The notes: generated from the sequence alone by a model not told the origin. Counted from the stretch's first letter, positions 24,789 through 39,319 are shown. The stretch is DNA of 64,000 bases from Octopus sinensis (GCF_006345805.1 NC_043009.1:11036001-11100000), one strand, 5' to 3'. Made by a program: numbers and translations.

Positions 24789-26619
24789 TGGCCTGAGTTG
24801 TTGGCGAGATAATCAGCCTTCGGCAGCATGACTGTTGCTATTACTTCTACTATCTCTGCCATTGTACAAATACGCTCCAAGACGGTGAATTTTTGTCAGT
24901 GTTGTAAAAAGTTAGACACCTCATATCTAAAATCCCAGTTATTCACCTCTACGAGAGGAAAACTAAAGTGTTTTATGACTTTCACATCACGGAAACATCA
25001 TCAGCCATGTCGGGAGACATATATGTCGCATGACAAAGACAGAAACTTAATGCCCCGATACTGCCAATCCCACGCAGTTTTCTTTGCGTAAAAATATTTC
25101 TTCGATTCATTTACAAGAATTCTTGGATATCATAGAAATAAAAAATATTTTCATTCTGACTTTCCTCATTCCTTTAAAAGGTTACCAAGCTGTTGATCAC
25201 TTTAATCATCTTTTCTAGCTGAATTAATGATGGGCTTAATTCACCAAGCTCACTATTATATGTAGATTCACAATCCTTTTGTTTTCCTTTATTCCCTTTG
25301 TGCAAAACACACGTTTATTTGCTACATTGCTTTGCAATCCTCTTTGGTGATACTTTGAATCTTGGTGATACTTCGTGAAGCTGGTAATTTCCTGCGATTA
25401 AGAAGCACGTTTTCCTACTGAAACCTTTTGACTATATTATACACATTAGCATAATCATTTATGAGCGTTGTTGCATTTAGAACTTAGTCAAAAAGAATGA
25501 CTGATATTAAGAACGTTGTAAAATAGCCTACTATATTTTGCTATAGCTAATTCCATTTAAGATATATAAGCTACATCTAATTTGTTTTATTCATCAGTGA
25601 GAGTGCACAAATACATTTCTAACGACAGTGAGTCATAGGTTTCTGGATGTATATATATCTACAGCCATCGTTAATGAGACATAGGTATGTAGAAAGAGTT
25701 GTAGGGAAATTATTATGGAAATAGTTCTGATATAAATATATTCTTAATGTATTTATGTCGCTCATAATATTAGGGTTGTGATGTATACATTTCAACTTAA
25801 TCATCACATCTACTGTTACCATAATATCGTCGATATCAATCATAATTGACATGGCTTCATATTTCAGAGAAACAGTCTTTCATAGGAAAATTGCTATCCG
25901 TTTCTTTACAAACAGTTATATATTCTGATCCTAATTGCTAGAGAATCAGTAAAGTGCTTTGGTAAATACATATACTTTACATATCTCAGCGTTTCGTATT
26001 TCTTCAAGCTACACATAACACCGTTCGAATCTTTCTGAATTCAATCAAATACACAAACATAAATGCATATTTATTATTTATGCACGTTGGAATACGCATG
26101 CGTATACACACAGGCACATACACACACGCATTCATACATACATGTATCAGTTTCACAAATGTACTATGCTGGCATAATTCTTTTCTGAAGAATTTGAGAA
26201 TGTTGGATAATTCTTATCCCAGTATTCTTTAACTCTCTTCATGTAGCCTATCAAGGGATCATCCCTAGCCTTTCTGTAGAACTAGTATAGGTCTCGGCTC
26301 AATTAAAGAAGTGGAATTTTCCGCGACACTGGAATTTTTCTGGACAGTTCCGCGATCTGCGATAACCGACTCCGGGTTCATTCGTCGCCATGGTATATCT
26401 ATAGCGATTTTCCACATGGCATGTATTTTACCATTTGGTTACTGTTACAATTTCTTTTCAGAAAAAGGTTAGGTTTTGCATTTACTCAAAGAAGATCAGC
26501 ATTTCTTTTACCAGGTTGCAATAATGGAAAAAATACAAGGGATAGTATTCATTATCCGAGTGAAATATAGTCCTCTATGCTAACGCGTCTGCACGCAACG
26601 TCATGATGTATGTATGCTA

Positions 26620-28352
26620 AAAAGAGAATTAAGCTATCAACAGGCATATTCCAAGGTGATAGTTTATCTATTGTTTGTACTGGAAGTGAAACCCTTGCCA
26701 ACCCTGTTATGAAAATGCCAAGGCTACATGCTAGGATGTGTTAAAAAGAATGAATTTAATGTCACCAACACATTTTTGTTGATAGCCTACCGTTATATTC
26801 TGGTAACAGGATCAGCATCAATTAGAAATAGTCACAGCATTCTGATGAGACATGGGAATGGAGTTTGGGCAAGACAAGCGCTCATAGGTGATTGTCAGTT
26901 GAGGTAAGATTTTCGACCAGTGAAAAATGTACATCAATGGCTTGTCTATCATACCTGTACGATGAAAACTACAATTACCTTGGAATCGATGAGAATGTTG
27001 CATACTTTAGTATTGTGAGGAAAACCAGTATAAAAAAAGACTGCTTTTGTAGATTGGGAAATAGGGAACACAGAATTGTCCGCGTTTGACATGACCATGT
27101 CTCACAAAGTTTTTGCAGTGCTAGTGCTAGTACCAAAATTTGGTATATTAGACTAGACATTTGGCGAGATCAGCACCCTGGACATCAAAACTAGAAAAGT
27201 ACTGATAACCACGATAAAATTCCACATTAACAGCGACACTGATAGGATGCGTGTGAGACGAAGAGGTGGCGGTAGAGGCATAAGGTCATCACTCGGACAA
27301 CTCCCTAATGAACAGTACAGAAATAATTGAATACATTTCATGCATACTTAAATGTGAGTCCAACGATATCCTCAGAGTTGAAGAACTACTGTGCAAATTC
27401 TCTGAGAATACAACTGTTTCATGCGACCCTAAGGAGGCTTACTGACTTACCAAAACATAGAAGCATGAATCATTCCAGCAAATGGCTACATATCCCATAA
27501 GCTTAAGGATAACGATAGCATTGGCAGGAGGAGCGGCTTCTCCAGGACTTGTGGTAGATACATTATATCTCACCTAGAAGGCTATGCTTTCGCTATCCAT
27601 GAATAGAAGGTAGCTGCAAAATACCTGGTAAACACGAGGGACTCGTTGTGATAGAAAATCTCGGCTCTTCTGTATCAGTGTTGAACATATCATCCACATC
27701 ATCAGCAGCTGTTCCATGTGGTGCTACCTATCCATGAGTTATGATATAATTGCAAAGACTATTTACAATGCTATCCGCAAGGAGGACTGCTCTGGCATAT
27801 ACATATATGAAATATGAAAACCAGCTTGCATTTACACGTTTAAAAACAAGGAATACTGTTGGAACACTCCAATAAAAGCAACAATTCGGTGCAAGCATAA
27901 CAGACCTGATATTTCACTGTGGAACAGGAAACAAGAGTCATGCACTGAGTCAGCCCAAAGATATGAATATACATTCAAATGTCCAGGCCAAGAGAACATG
28001 GTGATTTAATGCGGAACTTACAGCTTTTGTACCCTGCCAATAAATTCTCATTTGTACCTACCATTATTGGTGCATTATGTTATGTACCAACAAATTTACG
28101 CAAAAACCTAGAAATAACAGGTTTTCTGAAGAAAGAGCAAAAGAAACAGACGTGGAGTCTCCAATTCTAATCTATTAGTGGCACAGTGATGATCTGTACG
28201 ACATTCCAAAGATTCTCCGTCTGATGAATTGTTGTACCCACTTCGGTGTGTGCATTGACACCTCACCCAACACACCGAGTCATATTTACAAACACCGGGA
28301 ACTCTCTTAACTCAAAAAGTCCTGTCACTTAAGAAGAACTTATATAAAATTC
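26620..28352 (+). pseudogene. Degraded R4/Dong-like non-LTR retrotransposon: RT C-half, zinc knuckle, RLE, 3' UTR
   Basis: GIFQGDSLS, FFVD, GMEFGQDK, YNYLGIDENV, LDIKTRK, FHINSDTDR, GGGRG, HIISSC, HNRPDI, RNLQLLYP..FSFVP.IIGAL; many stops and frameshifts. Confidence 0.85.
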
Positions 28353-29810
28353 CCTCTCTCTCTCTCTCACACGCACACACGTATGTGTGTGTGTGTGTGT
28401 CTATACATGTATGAACACAGAATTTGGTGGTTGGTTGTATACGTATAATACACGTTCACTCAGGCATAAAAAAACACGCTCCGCATAAACACGCAAAATC
28501 CCACTTATACAGTGTGCCTATCGCGTGTTTGTTAGTGGTGTAGTAAAATAATAAATAAAAATTTTGGACCAACAACACGCGTGCTTCATATAAATAGAGA
28601 TTTTTTTAAGCTCTCTTGGTTGGCAGAAAACTGTCTTTTGATGAGTGTTTAAAACACTGAGATATGTCAAGGCAATCGGATTTATTATTCTCTGCACAGA
28701 TAGGATAAAAAGCGTTATTTATATCTGCTTGAAGTTCCATAGCAAAACATATAATATCTCTAGTTAACAATTTTTTACTGTTTAACAGCAAAATATAAAT
28801 TGACAAAAGATAAGCATACGCTGTGTTGCGCAAAAATATTCATTAATCATTTACCTGAGCTGATGATGTAAACCCGATATGTAAATTAGTGTAGTGATTA
28901 CAAATAGTTTTTACTTTCTGATTGATTTAAATTTCAATTTGCTACTGCTTTTCGTAGGACAGGTGATGAGGGTACCTCTATTGTGATGTGTCATCAAAAA
29001 TCCATCAAACATTTGTAGGCAATCTCATTTAGATTTGTGTTGCAGAGGGAGACTAGGTATGCGCATTCGCATCTATTTAAACCCCAACAATGAAAGGCTT
29101 AAAATTGAATATTCGAGTCTGAAGACCAAACGACTAGGAGTGATGAAAAATAATTAGCTTCTAGTAAGACAATCTGGAGGGACAAAATGAGATGTAGAGA
29201 CAAAGTCATTGAACAATGGATGCTTTTCGATTTCGGCGAAAATAGCAAAGATAGTCCGTTGTGCTTAAATATGATATGGAAACACAAACACATAGTAGAT
29301 TGTTTGACGCTAGTACTTAAATGACAATGCAGAGACTAAAGTGACATATCATTCACCCACTACCGTGGTTGAATATATTCTTAAGTCCACCATTTCGTCA
29401 ATCGCAGCAGCTTGCAGGCTTTACCACTAATTCAGTTCTCAACTAAATTGCAAATTGTTAATAGTTTTAAAGAGGACAGCTCCTCAGCTACACTTTGGCA
29501 TAAATAGTTTGAGATTTGGTTCAGTATAAAAAATGTGATATCAAAATATCTGCGACCTCAAGGGGGGGGGGGTAGTCATGTACGTATTCACCTTCATTTT
29601 TTTATTTCAAAAAAGTATACCTTTTCTAGGCTTAAATTACACAAAAATGTATGAGGAATTCAGAGTTGTTAGCTCCATAGAACAACAATTAGTAGAAGAA
29701 AAGTTTTGGGATGAAATGCCACGAAATTGGTGTCAATAAGTAAGAGAGTAAGGAAGTAACACTTAGCAATAAGAATAAAGAATATAATACTAAAATGAAT
29801 ACTTCCGTCC

Positions 29811-29935
29811 TACGGCGGTGAGCTGGCAGAAATGTTAACGCACCGGGCGAAATTCTTAGTGGTATTTCGCTTGTGTGTACATTTTGAATTCAAATTCCTC
29901 CGAGATCGACTTACTTCCTATCCATTTCAGATCTA
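29811..29935 (+). mobile_element. Family B SINE, 5' fragment
   Basis: ggcggtgagctggcagaaatgttaacgcaccgggcgaaa head. Confidence 0.7.
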
Positions 29936-30856
29936 TTCAATTTGGCGTAAAGATTATTTAATTAATTTTTTTTAACTAAACACTTTGAAACATCCGATAC
30001 TGGTACAATGTGTCACATACAACAGAGCTTACTCTTAACGTGTTTGACAAAATTTTGTATTTTAGAAGTTATTTCGTCACAAGTTACAGAGTGACAATGG
30101 ACAAATTCGTGTTTGATAAGTATCAATACACGAAACTCTCTAACTTCTGCCGATGATATATATACATATTATACATATATGTGTAAAACTAAATCTCATC
30201 ACCCAGTCAAACCAATGAAAGAGCCTCTACCTGTTCGCTCGACACGCTAAAAATAGCAGTCAATGAATCCATCTAACCAGTATTTTATAAGGTAAAATCC
30301 TAAATTATTTATTGACACATTATTAATTATCTCATAACAGCAATGCCTGGAAAAATCATAGATTACATGGAGAAGTACTAGCATGAAAAGTAATATTCTT
30401 AAGATTTTAAACCTGGAAAAGTACAGGACAAGTTATTACATCTGTAAAAGTATAGGACAAACTATTACTTCAAGTAAAGTAAAGAATAAGAAACATTTTA
30501 CTTAAAATATTTCAGCTAAAATTCAAATTTGAATATTAAAAAATGTTATAGTTTACATATAACACTATACTTATTTAAGTAGAATTTGGCTAATTTACTA
30601 CCTTAAATACAGAAAAAAGTGACTAATTAGATAAACTTACAAAGTAGCTTAACAGTTTTGTACAATAAATTTAAAAGATGAGAACTGTAAAGAGTGATAA
30701 ATTAGAAGAACTGGCATTCTTTGCTGCAATACTTTAAGTAAAAAGTTTCTTATTCTTTACTTTACTTGAAGTAATACTTTGTCCTATACTTTTCCAGGTT
30801 TATAATCTTAAGAATATTACTTTCCATGCTCGCATTTTTCCATGTAAATATATATT

Positions 30857-30926
<70 letters not shown>

Positions 30927-30986
30927 TATATATGTGTGTGTGTGTATATGTATGTATGTATGCGTGTGTGTAAAATAATAATAATG

Positions 30987-31057
<71 letters not shown>

Positions 31058-31708
31058 TTAGGGAATATGATTCCATGCTTACAGGGAAAAATTATTGTAT
31101 CTTTAATTCTTTTCTATTTGGTATGATTTAAGTATATCATTGTTGAATTGCTTCATAATTGAGGACTGAGTTTAACGTCACCAGTTTTCGGATGAAGTTT
31201 TTACTAATGAATTAATCTTCAATAAGAATATTTAGATTAAAAGACAAAAGGAAGAATTTCATTGATTATATGGCTTTATATATATAAACAAACACGTGAA
31301 AATATCTTATTACATGCTATTTTTTCCCATTATTAAAGAAATAAATCAACCATTATGTTCATAAAAGTATAAACATAATAGAGAGACTTGAATCATTCAT
31401 GTTGATTTCATCTAGGACGTTGATAAAAAAACTGAAAAAAACGTTATTTAGCTGGTATCAAACTTAAAGAAAAAAAAGAAAAAAGAAAATGGGGAAGGAG
31501 ACACAAAGTAGAAAGAGTGAAAGTAACGGAGAGAGAATGGTAAAATAATGCTAAACAAAGCGAAAATGTAAAACAAAGAATGTAAGTGTCAAAACTCGGT
31601 AAAAGTTGGATCTAATGTTATAGTATTTTGGTTTATGCCGATAATTAAAAGGAACATAATTTTTTGATCTGAAGCCTTTCATTTTCAGTGATAACATTAA
31701 AACTTTTC

Positions 31709-31926
31709 GAGGCAGCGAGATGGCAGAGTCATTGTTGCACCGCGCAAAATGCTTAGCGACATTTCGTCCATCGCTACGTCCTCAATTCAAATTCCGCCGA
31801 AGTCGACTTTGCCTTTTATCCTTTTGGGATCGATAAACTAAGTACCAGTTGGTCACTGGGGTCGGTGTAATTGACACAACTTACTTCCCCACAGTTGCTG
31901 GCCTTGTGCCAAAATTTGAAATCAAT
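31709..31926 (+). mobile_element. Family B (Nin/Deu) SINE, tail 1
   Basis: Head, gtcgactttgccttttatcc core, tail ctggccttgtgccaaaatttgaaa. Confidence 0.85.
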
Positions 31927-32126
31927 AAAAACTTCAGTTAAGCGCAGACTGTAAGCAATGCAAAATGAAAGGGGTCTCAATGTTATGTTTAATGCATTGC
32001 CACAGATATCCCTCAATCTCCAAATATATCTCGAACATGAATTTAAAAAATTAGAGTTTAGATTAACTAAAAAAATCAGGGTTTAGATTAACTAAAAATA
32101 TGTAGGGTTTATTTAGATTATTTACA

Positions 32127-32216
32127 TTATTTACATTTGACGGATATTTGTCCTCATCTTGTTTGTTGTTAACACAACGTTTCAGCTGATATACCCTCCA
32201 GCCTTCATCAGGTGTC
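32127..32216 (-). mobile_element. Penelope-like terminal-repeat fragment with a minimal hammerhead (32171-32216)
   Basis: GACAC-CUGAUGA-A-GGCUG-GAGGGUAUAU-CAGCU-GAAAC-GUU^GUGUU on the minus strand. Confidence 0.7.
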
Positions 32217-33117
32217 AGGACATGGTATGACATTAAAGGACATTAAAACTTAAAGTATGCATTTTGAGATAAATTATACAGATATCAAAACACATTCATT
32301 GGATACAAGACCGTGTCTCTAGCACACTCACAGAAGTACAATAGCTGTTGTGATATCATCATTTGTGAATAGGAAAGAAGAAATGTTAATAAACAATTAA
32401 TATGTTTATACACAGCCAGTAAAGTATAGAAGTTAACGTAGGAATGGAAGGGAAAAAAGTCAAATATATTCAGATTCTTTTACTATCATTCTGCACATAA
32501 AGCAAAGTTTTCAAAATTATATTATTGCTCTATACAGCAAATCAATTGTATTTCTCATGATTTTTGATAATGCGATTTACTCAAGGAAATATTCATTTTT
32601 GTATTGGTGAGATATTTATATCTAGTTTTGCTATAATGCTTCGTTCAGTAAGTCGATTTTAAATAACACTGTTAATGTTAACTTTGCTTAATGTTTTGGT
32701 TACTTTTGTATTTGTTGGTATAGTCGAGGTGTCTGTGATGTAAGTGATGGCATTGATAAATAGTGTTGTAGTTTAGTCCCATGTTTTTAATAGATTAATA
32801 CTTATAGGTTACTGCACTAACTAACCTTCTGTTCATGTCCATCGTGTAAAATTCCTTATCATAGTGTCATGAGTGTCCCCTAATTTTCCTACGCTTTTGA
32901 GACATTCAGCAATTTAGGTGTACATTCAAGAAGATCGACCGTACACAGTTGATCTCCCGCTGACTCCTGTGTGGGAAGAGGGTGTTGATGCTGATGGTTA
33001 TTATCGCTGTTATTTCTTAAGTAGCTAGCTCATTACTGACATTGCTGGGGTATATTGAGTAAAGAGCGAATGAACTGAGGAAAATCATTGATCATTCAAT
33101 ACTGTGCATGTATATAC

Positions 33118-33190
<73 letters not shown>

Positions 33191-33191
<1 letters not shown>

Positions 33192-33385
33192 GTCACCATG
33201 TTAGATCGTTAGCCACTACACACACTTTTTTTCTCTCCTTGTTTTTTCTGTGTCCCTTTCTGTAGAAGAGCGTAGGCTTGAAACGTAAAAGACTTTTTCT
33301 ATTCCTGAGCGTTATACTAATACATCTGTTTGTTTTGTACACCACCTGTCTTCGTCTTTTGTTTTTTTTTCCTAAACTCTCCCTA
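33191..33385 (+). mobile_element. Penelope-like terminal-repeat fragment between (TA)n tracts, with variant hammerhead at 33256-33291
   Basis: CUUU-CUGUAGA-A-GAGC-GUAG-GCUU-GAAAC-GUA^AAAG; same family as 2671-2785. Confidence 0.7.
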
Positions 33386-34610
33386 TATATATATATATAT
33401 GTATGTATGTATGTACGCGCAATGTATGGACTTATATAATCCTGTGGCAAACACACTTAAGCTCCTTCAGTGGACACGTCTACATACTGCATAGTAAATC
33501 TATACGTAGAGGTGTAATTTAGAGTCCAATGTAGTTGGAATCCAGTAAATCCCGTCAGTGAAGATTATTTCATGAGGATTATATAGAATATAAAGAAAGT
33601 CGAGAGGTATAAATAAGATGGATGAAGGCCGTTTCACCGTCTTCCCATGGTTATCAACTGATATCATATTCCTTTCCTTCTTTCTGCATATATTTATGTA
33701 TGTATGCATGCATGCATGTGTGTATGTATGTATGTATTGTATGCATGTATGTATGTATGTATGTATATATTTATGTATGTATGTATGTATGTATAGGCGT
33801 AGTCAAAAGTCTGGAACATTTGTTCAGAAATTTTAATTGTTCTGCTCAAGTAAAATTTGTTTGAAATATATACAACGCATAGATATACTTACTTAAGAAC
33901 TGATCCAACGGTTCAGTAGGAGAAAAGAATTTGAGATTTATGTTCCATACTTTTGACCAAGTAATAACATATTGCAAAATAAATATAACATTAGGCATTT
34001 AATATAACAATTCCAGTTTTCAGTCAGATGTTCCAATATTTTGGTCACAACTGTACGTATATTAAATATTATAGATGTGTGTGTATATATACAATCAAAT
34101 ACAGCTTTGTGTATATACTTATGCATATATAAGTGCATTTGTATTTAAATGTTTAAGCAATTAAAATACTGTTAATTATTTTGCATTTCTCTTTTCCGTT
34201 GTCTAAATTCCTAGAAAAAGAAAGTGGACGCGGTTTAATCATTCCTTGGCGAATTTTACGTTATATGTTTCAGCTTTTATATGTTATTAGCAACAAGAAG
34301 CATCGCTTACGAAACATAAAATTAATCAAAATAGACAACACTAATTTCTTTCATATTGATTGTAACATACGAATATACATACGTCTATATGTATATGTGT
34401 TTGTATGTATATAATTTTATGTGTATGTATTTACATATATATAAAGTGAGGGATAGAATTAGAGAAAGAGATAGAGTTTGTTTGAGGTGGTGTACAGATT
34501 TTATGTATTAAGAAAAAGGAGGCTGTGAGAATTTTGTATATTTCCTGATTAGCTCTTTGGTCGCATTACAGATTTGTATAAAAGGCAAAGAAATGTTCTG
34601 TAAAACACAT

Positions 34611-34643
34611 CTGAGGAGTCTCAGTGAATAAGACGAAACGCTA
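34611..34643 (+). ncRNA. Degenerate hammerhead core
   Basis: CUGAGGA-GUCU-CAGUGAAUA-AGAC-GAAAC; stems I and III not convincingly formed. Confidence 0.35.
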
Positions 34644-35712
34644 ATAAAGAATAATCCAATATGCTACTTATCACCTTTTCACACGCACACACACACACTC
34701 ACACACACAGATACATATTTACACACACACAAATATATATATACATACACACACATATATATATATATATATTATATAAGTGTGTGTGTGTATACACCAA
34801 TTTTAGCCGTTTCCATCACTTACTACAACAGCCCTTCCTTAATTTTCCAATCATTCTCTCCCCCGCTGTCGGTCCTGTAAACTCCTTATGAACCCAAGCA
34901 CCCTCAGAACCCTTACAGGGTTAAATATTGGTGTAACTTCCATTCCCCTGGTCCACTCTCCTTGGTAATCCTGGTAGAGGCCTTTTCTTGCACATTATGT
35001 AAGTGCCATTGTATCACAAAATACTCATTTTACTTTCGCATGCTCTCGTTTTTTTTTTATAATTCTCTTTACCCACAAACATTCCTTATTATGTATTATA
35101 TTATATTCAAGGAACATTTTTACACTTCTTCCCTTGCTATGCAAATGAATAACACCGTACTAGACATATTCCAACGCGTATTTTGTTTTCTTAGGTTCGA
35201 ATGGCACTAAAATCGATGAGGCGTATAACATTTCTTCTAGATCAATAAAATAATTTTCATTTAATAACCTACCATATATAATTGAAACAACTACGTTTCA
35301 CTTTCTGAAAATATTAAGATTGTATCTTATCCAACTTTATTGTTATCATCACGGCTTAATATCTCCACCAAAATCAATTTGAAACTTCATCATCTACAAA
35401 AACTTATATCACTATTTATACCGTAGGCATTAACAACACATCGTATGCTTATGAATAATATTCTTCTTCTGCTGAAAAAATAACCACCTTATTAAATGTT
35501 CTGCAACCACTAAATAGGAACTGGACAAGCGAAGAAGCTTTTACACGGGACACTTTCAGCTAGATATAGCAACAAAATCTCTCAAATCACCCTTTTTTAT
35601 GGCTGCAGATGATGCTATATTGGATAATGGTTTTATCGCGTCCACTGCATAAAGGGAAAATAACCAATTGTCATAGATTATGTTTGCTATTTGGTCGCCT
35701 CGGTAGTGTTAA

Positions 35713-36016
35713 CGTCGCCCTTTTCAAGCCTAGCCCTGGCGCATGGGCCCGGTTTCCCGGTTTCTGTGACGCATGTGTTCCCACCAGCTGGACGGGGTGC
35801 CAGTCCATCGCACCGTTACTCAAGAAACTGGAAGAGAGAGTGAGAGAAAGTTGTGGCGAAAGTGTACAACAGGGGTCGCCACCACCCACTGCCGATGTCT
35901 CGTGGAGCTTTTAGGTGTTTTCGCTCAATAAACACACACAACGCCCGGTCTGGGAATCGAAACCGCGATCCCCCGACAGCGTATCCGCTGTCCTAACCAC
36001 TGCGCCATTGCGCCTC
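35713..36016 (-). mobile_element. SINE family A with tail gamma (Meta-like), 15-bp TSD
   Basis: TSD CCTCG(G/A)TAGTGTTAA at 35698-35712 and 36017-36031; tail gcgatggactggcaccccgtccag...acagaaaccggga. Confidence 0.88.
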
Positions 36017-36452
36017 CCTCGATAGTGTTAAACTGAAACTAAAACAAAGCATAAAAAACAACCAGATATGTTCCGAAGTAGTACCCAAATCTCCCTTAAC
36101 TCATAACTTACTGTCATTGACAGGAAAACGTTGGATAATATAATCCAAGCTTATCTCACGGAAGATAAAGTCAAGATGGGCAAGGTTGGAATGTCTTTAA
36201 TTCTAGTTCTGCTCAATCAAAGCTGACCTGATGTAAACACCAGTAACAGCATAGTATGCAACAGTCATTGCTGGGACGCTTTTGATAGTAGGTTTTCTCA
36301 GTGAGGGTTTACCAGGAAATATACAGCAATTAACACCACTACGTGCTAAGTAGTCGGTACCTATACAGTCCTTCGGCCTGCTGCCAAAAGTCGCCGATTG
36401 TTCCTCAGACTACATCCAAGCATGTTAGAAAAAGGACCCGTTGAATAATATT

Positions 36453-36684
36453 TATTTCTTTACTACCCACAAGGGGCTACACACAGAGGGGACAAAGAAG
36501 GACAGACAAAGGGATTAAGTCGATTACATCGACCTCAGTGTGTAACTGGTACTTAATTTATGGACCCCGAAAGGATGAAAAGAAAAAAGTCGACCTGGGT
36601 GGAATTTGAACTCGGGACGTACGGCAGACGAAATACGGCTACGCATTTCGCCCGACGTGCTAACGTTTCTGCTAGCTTGCCGCC
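36453..36684 (-). mobile_element. Family B SINE, tail 2, 12-bp TSD
   Basis: TSD TTGAATAATATT at 36441-36452 and 36685-36696. Confidence 0.9.
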
Positions 36685-37732
36685 TTGAATAATATTATTC
36701 AGGATTCCATGTGTAGTGGAATAATTCGAGATGATCATGGTTTGAACGTCTTTGATTTTAAGCCAGTTCAGTTAAGATGTGCTTCGGTAATAGCAGCAGC
36801 AGCAGCTGCAGAAGCAGCAGCGGTGGATGCAGCTGTGACGACAACATCATCCTCAACCAAATCAACTATAATCATCATCACCATCTTCAGATTTTTCCAA
36901 TCTATGCAACTAACTCCCAGCTACTAACATTCCTAACACTTAACAGCCATTTTTTTCATTATTACTTTCTGTGTTATTATTTTATTTTTTTAGAGATTTT
37001 CACAAGATTTCTGTTTCATTTACTGCATTTATATTTTTGCAAAAATTGAATTTCAATTGGCCGCCATTTGACCAGATACGTTTGCACTTCACTTTTCTAT
37101 ATATGTTAGGATTTTCTTTTTACAAGATCGTCTTTCAAGTACCGTTTTGTTACTCGAAGCTGTCACCTGACGCCAACTCCCTTACAAAAGGAAGTTGTGT
37201 TATAGGGGGAAAAAAGCGATAATATGAAAGTACATCTATCTGAACTTCTATTATCAAATGTCAGTTGTGTGACATCGGAAGTATATCGTATTTCACGGAT
37301 TTTCAGATCGGCACGACGATTCATTTGTGTCTAAGAGTTTGATTTATTGATCGCTTGATTGTTCTCATAATTCTCCCTGAGATGTCGTTGAGGCAGCAGT
37401 TAATTGAATGTGTGCCAATGTACGGGAGTATGTATCTGCGCATGCGTAAAAGCGTTTCTTCATATCTCTATGAAAGGTATTTATGTTTATAAGCGTCACT
37501 TCGGCAGAAATATTACTAGCCGTAGTAGATATTTTTTAAACCCAATTGTGTAAACTGCAAAAAAAAAAACTCTTTAAATATAGACTATTCAATTCATTAC
37601 GATGACCAAGATTTCCTATAGAGGTGTATGCAAATGAACTACTCAGGGAGACACGTGATTTGGTGTTTAGGATGTATATCTATACATATATGTATTGTGT
37701 ATATATATATATATATATATGTACATACACTC

Positions 37733-37800
<68 letters not shown>

Positions 37801-37829
37801 ATATGTATGTATATGTATATATATATATG

Positions 37830-37871
<42 letters not shown>

Positions 37872-38187
37872 GAACAAAAGAAAGGTAGACCGAAAAACAA
37901 ATTAAAAGAAAGACAGACACTATAGAACACATCCAATTAGAGAGACGGGGTGGGGACCAACCATGAACCTATCCAAAATGTATGGATTTCTGCTTAGGAG
38001 TAATAATAACCATCTGTAAACCCCACAGAAACAAACGATTAAAAGTCCATCAAGCTATCTAAGAATAAATAGAAATAAACAAACACAAATATACAGTATT
38101 TGTGTCCACCATGCCTAAAATGTCTGGATAAGATTGGAAAGAGAACATTGGAAATTGTTGAATTTGGAAATGTTCTTAATTGTTTTT

Positions 38188-38352
38188 CACGTGGTTTCGA
38201 TCCCTGGATCGAGCCACGTATTGTGTTCTTGAACAAAACACTTGCTCCTGTCCACTCAGCTGGCAAAAGCAAGTCATTCAGCGACGGACCGGTGTTCTGT
38301 CCAGGGGTGAAATATATAATACACAGCACAGAAATCAGAAAACTGGCCTTAT
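38188..38352 (+). mobile_element. Degraded SINE with CORE-like body and gamma (Meta-like) tail
   Basis: ttgtgttcttgaacaaaacactt...gtccactcagctggcaaaa; homologous to 46059-46304. Confidence 0.65.
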
Positions 38353-38722
38353 CCATTTATATGACTAGCGAAAGGTCGTCTTCCTTTTTTTTTAAATTAG
38401 CGATTGGTGAAAATACGGAAGCGCAGTAAGGCAGCAATGTCATTTCGTCAAATGATAAGGCATTGCGACGCATATTTGACATCGAAAACTGATAAGGAAG
38501 AAGAAAGGGAAAAACTATAATGTATTTAGTACAGGAGTTATATTATGTCAGGCGTGTACACTGCTTTCGTGGACTAAGGTTCGATATACATGTGAAATTC
38601 CGGAGAGGTTATTTCACTCGTTTATGACATTCTCAAAGACATGTAATAGCGCTATTCTTCATGAAAAGTGATATGAAATCAAATCAAATAAAAATTAAAA
38701 CAGTTCAAAGCATACATGTAAC

Positions 38723-38967
38723 ACCAGTTTCAAATTTTGGCACAAGGCCAGAAATTTCAGGAGACGGCTTGGGGAAGGTTAATACCAAGGGAGGAGATAA
38801 GTCGATTACATCTATCCACGCGTACAACTGGTATTTATTTTATCGAACCCGAAAGGATGAAAGGCAAAGTCAACCTCGGTGGGATTTGAACTCAGAACGT
38901 AAAGACGGACGAAATGCTGTTAAACATTTCGCCTGGAATGCTTAAGGTTCTGCCAGCTGACCGCCTT
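38723..38967 (-). mobile_element. Family B SINE, tail 1
   Basis: Core and head motifs as in the other copies. Confidence 0.85.
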
Positions 38968-39319
38968 GGATACTTCGAATATTGATTTCAACTTGAGTCA
39001 AAATGCAACAAATACTAGAGTAATATTTACTTGTTTATTTGCAGTAACCCTTGTGTCAAGCCTGTGTTTACTTTATTGACCTCAACTAGATAAATAATGT
39101 TATTTAAAAAAAAATAAATTGGTTGATTTCAGAGAGTAAAGTGAATCAGTGGCTATTATGAAGAATGTTGGCTGAATCTGCGAAAAGAAATTATACTACA
39201 TCACTGTCCACGAGTACGTCAGTATAATTCGAACCCACGGCGTTTCAGATTGTTTTAGAGGAAAGTGACAACCGATTATATGAATAACCTATTACACTGT
39301 TGTGTTTCTATATTCTTTT

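Noticed and set aside
26462-26467. Possible 6-nt microexon (tttcttttcag|AAAAAG|gttagg)
   Set aside because: Weak donor and no supporting neighbours; such matches are common by chance
37330-37430. GIY-YIG-like peptide fragment on the minus strand (YIGT...QRHLRE)
   Set aside because: Too short and needs frameshifts
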